Positions 9,764 to 17,714 of a stretch of 41,825 bases of DNA are shown here, piece by piece. The notes beneath the pieces were generated by a model. It ran no database searches and was not told where the DNA came from. It was given only the letters and a program-made list of their open reading frames with translations. Location of the stretch: NCBI GenBank assembly GCA_003136555.1, contig PLEW01000244.1:34114-75938 (forward strand), written 5' to 3'. The position numbers and the translations under genes were made by a program. Position 1 is the first letter of the stretch; each line of letters opens with the position of its first letter. The stretch is from Planctomycetota bacterium. Lineage in GTDB: Bacteria > Planctomycetota > UBA11346.

Positions 9764-12529
9764 ATGAAGCCAGAGCCTATCAGCGTGGATGCTCCCATCC
9801 GTCGCGATGAGACCTCCGAACTCATGGGCCAGGGCGGAACCTACCTCCGCCAGCCAACCCAGATCGGACCCTACAAGATCATCCGCGTCATCGGACGCGG
9901 GGGAATGGGGACGGTGTACCGGGCACAGGTCGTCGTTTCTTGCGAAGTGCCTATCGGGCAGGAAGTTGCGATAAAGCTTCTGCGCGAGACCGAGGAGAAG
10001 GAACGACTGCGTTTCGCACGCGAGGCCGGCTACCTCCAGGCGCTGCGGCATCCGGGGATTGTGCGCGTACTGGATGCTGGTGAATTCGAAGGCCAGCCCT
10101 ATCTGGTGATGCAGCTCGTCGAGGGCGGCCATGCCGACGACCTGCTGGTGCCGGGCAAGCCTTTGGACGAGCAGCGGGTGGCCGATCTGGCCATCCAGGC
10201 ACTCGAGGCGCTCCAGGTGGCCCACCTAGCCGGCATCCTGCATCGCGATATCAAGCCGGGCAACATCATGATCACCCCGTCGGGCCAGGTGAAGCTGGTC
10301 GATTTCGGCCTGGCCCAGTACATGGACGCCGAATCGCATCTGACCGCCACCGGGGCAGTGGTCGGCACCCCCGCCTACATGAGCCCGGAACAGGCTGCCG
10401 GACGGCGCAACGAGGTGGGCCGGCGCTCCGACGTCTACAGCATGGGCGCATGCCTCTATGAGCTGGTGACCGGCCAGCAGCCGTTCACTGCGGACAACTC
10501 GGTCGCCTTGCTGCGCCGCATCATCGAGGAGCCGCTGGTGCCGCCCTCGCAGCTGCGCAAGGACCTCCACCGCGATCTCGAGACCGTGATCCTCAAGGCG
10601 ATGGCGAAGGATTACCGCGACCGCTATGAGAGCGCCGAGGCGATGGCCGCCGACCTGCGCCGCTTCCGCCTGGGCGTGCGCATCCGTACCGGGCGTCCTG
10701 GCACCCTGCTGCCCTTCTTGCGCACCGCCTGGCACCACCGCAGCACCATTGCCGGCCTCGGGCTGCTGCTGTTCGTTTCGGCCTCCCTGGCGACCCTGAT
10801 GGTGGTCCAGGGCCTCAAACGGGCGAAGGCGCAGAACTCCAGCCCGAGCCCCGTCCTGACCACCACCGAGAAGCCTCCGGAGGACGATCCCTCGCCTTCC
10901 GATCCGTGGGTCGCGACCTTCAAACAGGCTGAAGCGCTCGATAACCCGAAGAGCGCCCTGAAGATCAAGCCCGCACCGACCTTCGGCAAGGACGCGGTCC
11001 GGACCGAGACCATCAAGCGGGTGAGCGGCTCGGTGCGGCTCTCGGTCAACATCGAGCTGCGCGACGTCAACTTCCTGGTCGAATTGATGATCAACGACCG
11101 CGACATCGGCCGCGGATACCGCCTACGGCTGATCGGCAGCAAGAACAACGACCGTCTCGAACTGCTGCGCGAGAAGCGGGTGGTCACCAGCCGCGACCTC
11201 GGTCAGCTGTCGCGCGGGCAGACCATGCGCATGACCATCGAGCGCAACGACAACACCATCATCGGCCTGATCGGCAAGCGCGAGCCGCTGCGCCTGCCCG
11301 ACCTGGTGCCCATCGAGGGCGAGAACGCCTCGGGCGTCTACATCGCCTATGTCCCCGGTGAGGTGCGCATCAGCGACATCCAGCTCGACCGCCAGCGCAG
11401 CACCCTGTTCATCAGCGCCCTGGAGCTGGCCGACAACGAGCGCCAGGAGAACAACTTCGGCCTGGCGAAGGAGAAGTACGAGGAGTTCCTCCATGATCAC
11501 CCCCAGTCGCCGCAGGTGCGTGACGCCCAGCTGCGCATCGGGCTGTGCCTCGAGGCGATGGACAATCCGCTGGCCTACGAGCAGGCGCTCAACACCTTCA
11601 TCGAGGTGGCCTCGGCCAATCGCGACGATCCGCGCTACGTCCTCACCGCCACCGTGCATGCCTGGAGCTGCGCCCTGCGCCTGGGGCGCTACGAGGAGGC
11701 AGAGGAGTTCTTCGATGCCGTGCGCCGCGACAACGACCTCAGCACCGTCCTGGCCACCGTCTCGGAGGCGATGATCCAGGACCTGGTCAAGGACTACCTC
11801 ACCAGGGCCAGCACCATCGCAGCCGCGGAACCTGAGCGGGCGGTAAAGCTGTACACCGATGGCGCGGAGATCGCCACCTACCTCAAGCAGACCGACGCGG
11901 CGGGCCTGGCGGAGACCGCCGCCGGCGACATCCTGATGTCCCTCAATCGCAGCAACGACGCGCTCGAGCGCTACCGCGCGGTCAGCAGCAACATGGAGCT
12001 GCCCGTGCCGTTGCGCATGAAGGCCCTGCTCAAGGTGGCGGAGGCGGAGCGCATGCGCGACCATCTGGAAGCCGCCGAGATCGCCTACGAGGTGATCCTG
12101 TCGCATCCGCAGCCGGTCGAGGACTACCAGTCCCAAGCGCGTCTCTGGCTCGGCGACATCTATGCGCAGAAGGGCGATACCGCCGGTGCGCTCGCCTGCT
12201 GGGGAAAATCGAAGGAGGACAAGAGCCTGGCCGGCATGATCATGCGCCACATGCTCAACGGCGAGGTGCCCATGCCCACCGGCGATGACCGTTTCCACGC
12301 CAATGATATCGAGTACTTCAATGCCCGCCTCGCCCTGCTGCGCGGCCATCCGGAGCAGTTCCTCGAACGTCTGCAGCACGTCGTCGACATGGGCCCGGCA
12401 AATGATTGGCCGTCACCCTTCGCCCAGCACCTCCTGCAAGTGCTCCAGAGCGGTCGCAGCGAGGCCGATGTCGAGGCCCACCCCTCTCCGGCAGCCGAAT
12501 CCAGCGAGATCGCCCAGCCGGTGCCCTAG
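9764..12529 (+). CDS. Membrane-anchored Ser/Thr protein kinase with an extracytoplasmic beta-rich domain and TPR repeats
   Basis: GRGGMG, VAIK, HRDIKPGN, DFG and GTPAYMSPEQ; TM segment IAGLGLLLFVSASLATLMVV; TPR-like repeats (AKEKYEEFLHDHPQSPQVRDAQLRIGLCL and others). Confidence 0.9.
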   Translation: MKPEPISVDAPIRRDETSELMGQGGTYLRQPTQIGPYKIIRVIGRGGMGTVYRAQVVVSCEVPIGQEVAIKLLRETEEKERLRFAREAGYLQALRHPGIVRVLDAGEFEGQPYLVMQLVEGGHADDLLVPGKPLDEQRVADLAIQALEALQVAHLAGILHRDIKPGNIMITPSGQVKLVDFGLAQYMDAESHLTATGAVVGTPAYMSPEQAAGRRNEVGRRSDVYSMGACLYELVTGQQPFTADNSVALLRRIIEEPLVPPSQLRKDLHRDLETVILKAMAKDYRDRYESAEAMAADLRRFRLGVRIRTGRPGTLLPFLRTAWHHRSTIAGLGLLLFVSASLATLMVVQGLKRAKAQNSSPSPVLTTTEKPPEDDPSPSDPWVATFKQAEALDNPKSALKIKPAPTFGKDAVRTETIKRVSGSVRLSVNIELRDVNFLVELMINDRDIGRGYRLRLIGSKNNDRLELLREKRVVTSRDLGQLSRGQTMRMTIERNDNTIIGLIGKREPLRLPDLVPIEGENASGVYIAYVPGEVRISDIQLDRQRSTLFISALELADNERQENNFGLAKEKYEEFLHDHPQSPQVRDAQLRIGLCLEAMDNPLAYEQALNTFIEVASANRDDPRYVLTATVHAWSCALRLGRYEEAEEFFDAVRRDNDLSTVLATVSEAMIQDLVKDYLTRASTIAAAEPERAVKLYTDGAEIATYLKQTDAAGLAETAAGDILMSLNRSNDALERYRAVSSNMELPVPLRMKALLKVAEAERMRDHLEAAEIAYEVILSHPQPVEDYQSQARLWLGDIYAQKGDTAGALACWGKSKEDKSLAGMIMRHMLNGEVPMPTGDDRFHANDIEYFNARLALLRGHPEQFLERLQHVVDMGPANDWPSPFAQHLLQVLQSGRSEADVEAHPSPAAESSEIAQPVP

Positions 12530-12547
12530 CGCGCCCGCAGCCACTCC

Positions 12548-12629
12548 GGCAGGCGCGCAGCAGCCTGCCCCGACGGTGCATGGCCAATCCTCTCCGCGGC
12601 ACCCCATCACCTGGTGCACGATGCCGCGG
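12548..12629. terminator. Two GC-rich hairpins between convergent genes (possible termination or stability elements)
   Basis: GGCAGGC/GCCTGCC at 12548-12569 and CCGCGGCA/TGCCGCGG at 12594-12629; no U-tract. Confidence 0.25.
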
Positions 12630-12662
12630 CTGGAGGCGGAGGCGCTGCCGGGGAGGTCGACG

Positions 12663-12833
12663 TCAGTCGTCCTCCTCTTCGGCTGCCTCCTCGTCTTCAT
12701 CGAGGTTTTCCTCCATGTCCTCGTTTTCCTCGTTGACGATGTCGACGAACTCGTCGAGCGCGTCGCGAATTGCTTCGTTGACCTTGAACCCCTCAGTCTT
12801 GAGGAGCTTGATGATATCCTCTTCCAAGCCCAT
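12663..12833 (-). CDS. Small highly acidic protein (56 aa), absent from the ORF track
   Basis: AAGGAG SD 7 nt before the ATG; translates to MGLEEDIIKLLKTEGFKVNEAIRDALDEFVDIVNEENEDMEENLDEDEEAAEEEDD*; fills an otherwise empty gap. Confidence 0.85.
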   Translation of the reverse strand: MGLEEDIIKLLKTEGFKVNEAIRDALDEFVDIVNEENEDMEENLDEDEEAAEEEDD

Positions 12834-12968
12834 TGGCGAACTCCTTACGGTGACGGCTGTGGCGGTTTCCTAGCAGGAGGGTTGGCGAACGCCAGAGCCT
12901 TGTCCTGATCACGCCTGAAGGCGGACCCTTCCGGCCCGGTGGCGCCGCATCGCCTGCCGATGACTCCG

Positions 12969-12996
12969 GACGTAGGGCTCCGCCCGCCGCTGTCAA
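12969..12996 (-). promoter_or_regulatory. Possible sigma70-type promoter for the acidic small protein
   Basis: Perfect TTGACA at 12996-12991, then 16 nt, then a weak TACGTC -10. Confidence 0.3.
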
Positions 12997-13066
12997 TGCA
13001 TCGCCTTTTCTGAGGCCATCGGGCAATGGCGCTTGAGCGCTCCAGGAAGGGGCTACATCGGCCTGC

Positions 13067-13612
13067 ATGAGCCCGTCCGATACCCTGCCGGCCACCATCG
13101 GCATCCTCACCGTCTCCGATCGCGCCAGCGCCGGACAGTACCAGGACCTGGGCGGTCCAGCGATCAGCGACACGCTGAGCGCCTATCTGCGCAGCCCATG
13201 GCGGAAGGTCTACCGCTGCATCCCCGACCAGCAGGAAGTCATCGAGGCGACGCTCTGCGAGCTCTGCGACCAGCAGGGCTGCGATCTGGTGGTGACCACC
13301 GGGGGGACCGGTCCGGCACCGCGGGATGTCACCCCGGAAGCCACGGAAGCCGTCTGCAGCAAGCTCCTGCCCGGCTTCGGCGAGCTGATGCGCACGACCT
13401 CGCTGCGCTACGTGCCCACCGCCATCCTGTCGCGCCAGACGGCCGGTATCCGCGGCCGCAGCCTGATCATCAACCTGCCCGGCAAGCCCAAGAGCATCCG
13501 CCAGTGCCTGGATGCGGTGTTCCCCGCCGTGCCCTATTGCCTCGATCTCATCGGCGCAGCCCGCCTGGAGACCGATGAAGCGGTCCTGCTCGCCTTCCGC
13601 CCCCCGGCGTGA
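13067..13612 (+). CDS. mog: Molybdopterin adenylyltransferase Mog
   Basis: IGILTVSDRASAG.Y.D..G, TTGGTGPAPRDVTPEAT, PGFGELMR, VPTAILSRQTAGIRG, NLPGKPKSI and VPYCLDL. Confidence 0.95.
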   Translation: MSPSDTLPATIGILTVSDRASAGQYQDLGGPAISDTLSAYLRSPWRKVYRCIPDQQEVIEATLCELCDQQGCDLVVTTGGTGPAPRDVTPEATEAVCSKLLPGFGELMRTTSLRYVPTAILSRQTAGIRGRSLIINLPGKPKSIRQCLDAVFPAVPYCLDLIGAARLETDEAVLLAFRPPA

Positions 13613-13648
13613 CTCCGGGGGGATCGCCCGAGCGCACGCCCAGCCCAC

Positions 13649-15277
13649 CTAGAGGATCTCGACCAGCTGGAAGCCGGGGTTCTGGCTGAGGCAATAGCGC
13701 TTGTCCCATTCGCTGGGCAGCAGCACCACCGGCTTGCCGCGATGATCCTTGGCCAGCAGGGTGCCATGCGTGGGCTTGAAGGCATCGACGTCGCCGACCA
13801 GCCAGCCGCTGCACTGGTAGGGCAGGTCGCTGAGCTCGGTCTCGACCCCGTACTCGTCGCGCAGGCGGTACTGGAAGACCTCGAATTGCAGACGTCCGAC
13901 GGCGGCAATGAAGGGATCGCCCAGGGGGTTCTCCCAGCTGCGCAGCACCTGCACCGCCCCCTCTGAAGCCAGCTGAGCCATGCCACGGTCGAACGATTTG
14001 CGCTTGGTCAGGTCGAGGGGACGCACGCGGGCGAAGACCTCGGGGGGGAACTGCGGCAGCGGCGCATGCTCGAAGCCGTCCTTCGCCGGCCCCCCCTGGC
14101 TGATGATGGTATCGCCGATGGCGAACCCGGAATTCACCAGGCCCACCACATCTCCGGGGTAGGCGAGATCGAGCGTCGTGCGGTCGCGCGCGACCAGGGT
14201 CTGGGGTCGACTCAGGCGCACCTCGCGGACGAATTCGCCACGATGGTAATGCTTGACCACCAGATCGCGCTCGAAGCGGCCGCTGACGATGCGTACGAAG
14301 GCGAGGCTGTCGCGATGGCGCGGATCCATGTTCGCCTGGATCTTGAAGGCATAGGCGCTGAAGGGCGAGCGGATCGGGTCGATCTCGATGGTCGCACCTG
14401 CCAGGGTGGTCGCCTGCCGGGGTCCCGGCGCGGGGGCGAGGGCGATGAAGGCGTCATAGAAGGGCTCGATGCCGAAGTTCGTCAGCGCCGAGCCGAAGAA
14501 CACCGGGGTCACCTGATTGGCGAGGAAGGCCGCATGGCTGAACGGGTTGCCGGCCACCTCGAGCATCTCGAGGTCGTTGCGCATCCTCGCCGCCAGCACC
14601 TCCCCGAGCTGCGCCGCCGCGCGCGCATCCGCGAGGGGGATGCGCATCATCTCGGCGCGCTGCGCGCCGCCGGCCGCGGTCTTGCGGAAGACCAGCAGGT
14701 CGCGGCTCGCACGATCCACGATCCCGGCGAATTCGCGCCCCATGCCCACCGGCCAATTCATCGCGCTCGCCTGGATGCCGAGCACCTCCTCGACTTCGGT
14801 CATCAGCTCCAGGGGATCGCGGCCCGGTAGATCGCACTTGTTGATGAAGGTCAAGACCGGGATGCCGCGCAGCTTGCAGGCGGTGAACAGCTTGCGCGTC
14901 TGGGTCTCCACGCCCTTGGAGGCATCCAGGACCATGATCGCGCTGTCGGCCGCCGTCAGCGTGCGGTAGGTATCCTCGCTGAAATCCTGGTGGCCAGGGG
15001 TATCGAGCACATTGATGATGTGGCCCTTGTACTCGAATTGCATCGCCGAAGCGGTGATCGAGATGCCGCGCTCCTGCTCCATCGCCATCCAGTCCGAGGT
15101 CGCCATGCGCCCGGTCTTGCGATTCTTGACCATGCCCGCCGTGCGGATCATGCCGGCGTAGAGCAGCAGCTTCTCGGTCAAGGTGGTCTTGCCGGCATCC
15201 GGATGGGCGATGATCGCGAAGGTGCGGCGACGGCTGGTCTCTGCCGGCAGTTCAGGGGCGCTGGGGAGTTCGGACAT
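13649..15277 (-). CDS. prfC: Peptide chain release factor 3
   Basis: RRRTFAIIAHPDAGKTTLTEK, SDWMAMEQERGISI, DTPGHQDFSEDTYRTL, FKIQANMDPRHRD and AVGRLQFEV. Start at ATG 15277. Confidence 0.96.
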   Translation of the reverse strand: MSELPSAPELPAETSRRRTFAIIAHPDAGKTTLTEKLLLYAGMIRTAGMVKNRKTGRMATSDWMAMEQERGISITASAMQFEYKGHIINVLDTPGHQDFSEDTYRTLTAADSAIMVLDASKGVETQTRKLFTACKLRGIPVLTFINKCDLPGRDPLELMTEVEEVLGIQASAMNWPVGMGREFAGIVDRASRDLLVFRKTAAGGAQRAEMMRIPLADARAAAQLGEVLAARMRNDLEMLEVAGNPFSHAAFLANQVTPVFFGSALTNFGIEPFYDAFIALAPAPGPRQATTLAGATIEIDPIRSPFSAYAFKIQANMDPRHRDSLAFVRIVSGRFERDLVVKHYHRGEFVREVRLSRPQTLVARDRTTLDLAYPGDVVGLVNSGFAIGDTIISQGGPAKDGFEHAPLPQFPPEVFARVRPLDLTKRKSFDRGMAQLASEGAVQVLRSWENPLGDPFIAAVGRLQFEVFQYRLRDEYGVETELSDLPYQCSGWLVGDVDAFKPTHGTLLAKDHRGKPVVLLPSEWDKRYCLSQNPGFQLVEIL

Positions 15278-15480
15278 CGATGCACAACCTCGTCGCTGGA
15301 GCCGCGCCCGTGGCCGGTGGGCGAGGGCGCCATAGAGCAGGGGCAACACCATTCACAGCATCGGGCGCGGCGCAACTGGGTTTCCGTGCCCCTGCCACAC
15401 TGCGCCATGCCCGCTCGACGGTGCAGCGCCCGCAGGCCGACAGCGCTCGACCGCCAGGCCCGGGATGATGTGATGCGGCC

Positions 15481-16035
15481 GTGTCCACCCCCAGGTACCA
15501 ACCCTTCTATTGCGAGGAGAACATCTGGCAGCTCTGCCAGGATGCCACGCTGCCCGTCGGCGCCCACCTGGTCGCGGTGATCACCGGATCAGGGCGGCAG
15601 CAGCGCCAGCGCCGTTGCGCCTTATGGCATCAGCGCCTGGCACCCCACCCCGGCGGGGCGCTGCTGTGGGACTACCATGTCGTGCTGCTCGCCGACGCCG
15701 GCCCCTGGCAGGTGTGGGACCTCGACAGCGATCTCGGGGCGCCGGTCGCCGCCGCGGCCTATCTCGCCGCCACCTTCCCCGGCCAGGAGCACCTCGCACC
15801 GATGCTGCGTCCGCAGTTCCGCCTGATCCAGGCCGCCGCATATGTCGCGGCGCTGCGCAGCGACCGCTCGCACATGCGCACGGAATCCGGAGCCTACCGG
15901 CAGCCTCCGCCCTCCTGGCCGCCACCCGGCGGTGGCGGGACGCACAACCTCGATCGTCTGCTCGATCCAACCGACCCCTTCATCGGCGAGGTGGTGGATC
16001 TGCCCTCCTTGCGGATACGTCTCGCCTGCCGCTGA
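15481..16035 (+). CDS. Protein N-terminal glutamine amidohydrolase homologue (NTAQ1/WDYHV1 family)
   Basis: YCEENIW.LC, WDYHVVLL, WDLDS.L, FR.I.A..Y....SDRSHM and PPP motifs are collinear with eukaryotic NTAQ1; triad Cys11/His66/Asp80. Confidence 0.9.
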   Translation: MSTPRYQPFYCEENIWQLCQDATLPVGAHLVAVITGSGRQQRQRRCALWHQRLAPHPGGALLWDYHVVLLADAGPWQVWDLDSDLGAPVAAAAYLAATFPGQEHLAPMLRPQFRLIQAAAYVAALRSDRSHMRTESGAYRQPPPSWPPPGGGGTHNLDRLLDPTDPFIGEVVDLPSLRIRLACR

Positions 16036-16089
16036 CGGCGCAATCCGGGGAGCAAAGCGAAGCGGCCAGGATGGCGAGCAGCACCCTCC

Positions 16090-17637
16090 TCAGCGGGCGA
16101 AATCGCGCATGCCGTTGCGCAGCCGCCGCTGCAGATCGCGGTGGCGGCTGCCCTGGAATCCGCGCGCCAGCCCCGCGGCGCGGGTGAACTGCTCCAGGGC
16201 GGCGGTTCGGTCATCGAGCATGCCCAGCGCCTCGCCCAGACCGCACAGGTTGAACAAGCGCAGGCCATCCCCGTCGATGGCCACCTGGACATGCCCGGCG
16301 CCATCGACCCCGTCGATGTGGGCGAAGCAGGCTTCCGCCTCCCGGTGGAGACCGGCGATCAGGCGCCAATCGCTCCCGGGTATATGGTCGGGGCTGGCGC
16401 AGACCGCCTGCCAGTAGAGGCATTCGGCGCGCTCCTGCACCTCGTCCGCGCGCTGGAAGGCGCTGGCGGCATCGCCATAGGCCGCCGCGATCTGCCCCCA
16501 ATCCCCCGCCATGCGCTCCTGGCCGATCCTCAGCCAGCTGGCCATGTCCTTGATGATGCGCCCATATCCCCGCCAATCGCCCGAGCGCCGACAGAGCTCG
16601 GCGGCACTGCGGTAGGAGCCGCTGAGCACATCGCGCTCCTCGACCTGGATGCCGAACTTCCCCCAGCGCCGGAGATTGGCGAGCAGACCCTGGCAGCGAC
16701 CCTGGCGATCGATGTCGCCGGCCTCGGCGAACAGGGTCTCCGCCTCATCGAGGCAGGTGCGCCACTGCTCCATGCCGGCAGAGGACATGTCCATGCGCAG
16801 CATGCCCAGGTACAGGATGCTGACCCCCTCGGCGGCGATCGAGCCATGCTCGACACTGCGCGCCGCACCGCCGGCGAAAATCGCGCACGCGGCATTCCGC
16901 GCATCCGCATCCATGCACCAGGCGCACTGCGACAGCGCCGCACCGCGACCCTCGATCGCCAGCACATCGTCGGTGCTGAAGAGCGGATCGCTGGCGCAGG
17001 CCGCCAACGCCGTGTCGACCGACTGGTCGGCGCGCTCGCCCTGGACCGGGTCGATGCTGGCGGCAAGGTAGGCGTCCTCGGCCAGGAGCATCGGATGGCG
17101 CAGCGGCCACTGGCGCACGCGGTTCTGCCACTGCGCCCGCAGCGCCGCCGCATGCGGCATTCCAGGGCGGGATTCGCCCTGGCGACGTGCCAAGGCGAGC
17201 TGCGCGAAGATCTGGCCGGCAGTCAGCAGGCCGACCGCCTGGCCATCGCCCTCCCAGGCCGCGACCACCGGCCGGAGGCAATCGACGCGCTGCATGCCAT
17301 TCCACCAGCCCAGATCCACCAGGCGCGCAGCTGCGCTCAGCGAGCCGGCATTGGCGGCGGCGACCAGCCTGATCTGGTGAGCGGTCGGCTCGATGCGCGC
17401 CGGCTCGCGCAGGTCGTCGCGGATGAGCCCCTCGAGGGCGCGACGAACCTGGTCGAGCTGCACACCCTGCGTCAGCGCCGATGCCTCCTTGATCCACCCG
17501 GCCTCATCCGTGAGCTGCCCGGAGGGCGCCGGGGCATCCCCCGGCGAGGAGGGCGGCAATGCCGCTTCCGCGGCCGGCGCTGATGCGCCCAATGCCACGC
17601 CCACAAGCACGAGCAGCCAGGAGGGGAACCGCCTCAC
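16090..17637 (-). CDS. Exported hypothetical protein with C-terminal TPR/SNAP-like helical repeats
   Basis: GTG start, signal peptide MRRFPSWLLVLVGVALGASAPA; repeats such as LDEAETLFAEAGD, YRSAAELCRRSGD and YGDAASAFQRADE. Confidence 0.7.
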   Translation of the reverse strand: MRRFPSWLLVLVGVALGASAPAAEAALPPSSPGDAPAPSGQLTDEAGWIKEASALTQGVQLDQVRRALEGLIRDDLREPARIEPTAHQIRLVAAANAGSLSAAARLVDLGWWNGMQRVDCLRPVVAAWEGDGQAVGLLTAGQIFAQLALARRQGESRPGMPHAAALRAQWQNRVRQWPLRHPMLLAEDAYLAASIDPVQGERADQSVDTALAACASDPLFSTDDVLAIEGRGAALSQCAWCMDADARNAACAIFAGGAARSVEHGSIAAEGVSILYLGMLRMDMSSAGMEQWRTCLDEAETLFAEAGDIDRQGRCQGLLANLRRWGKFGIQVEERDVLSGSYRSAAELCRRSGDWRGYGRIIKDMASWLRIGQERMAGDWGQIAAAYGDAASAFQRADEVQERAECLYWQAVCASPDHIPGSDWRLIAGLHREAEACFAHIDGVDGAGHVQVAIDGDGLRLFNLCGLGEALGMLDDRTAALEQFTRAAGLARGFQGSRHRDLQRRLRNGMRDFAR

Positions 17638-17714
17638 CCCTTGTGTATAGCGCCGAAGCGCTCGCCAGCCAGCGATGAGCGCAGGCGACAGGGGTCGGCG
17701 CAGCCTCGAGCCGG

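Noticed and set aside
12845-13066. Possible Moco riboswitch upstream of mog, or SRP RNA (CCGGAAGG on the minus strand)
   Set aside because: No GCCTCC...GGAAAGG Moco core, and no CAGG...GGAAGCAGC SRP helix 8 context.
16141-17583. 480-aa plus-strand ORF
   Set aside because: Antisense shadow of the signal-peptide/TPR gene, with no recognisable motifs.
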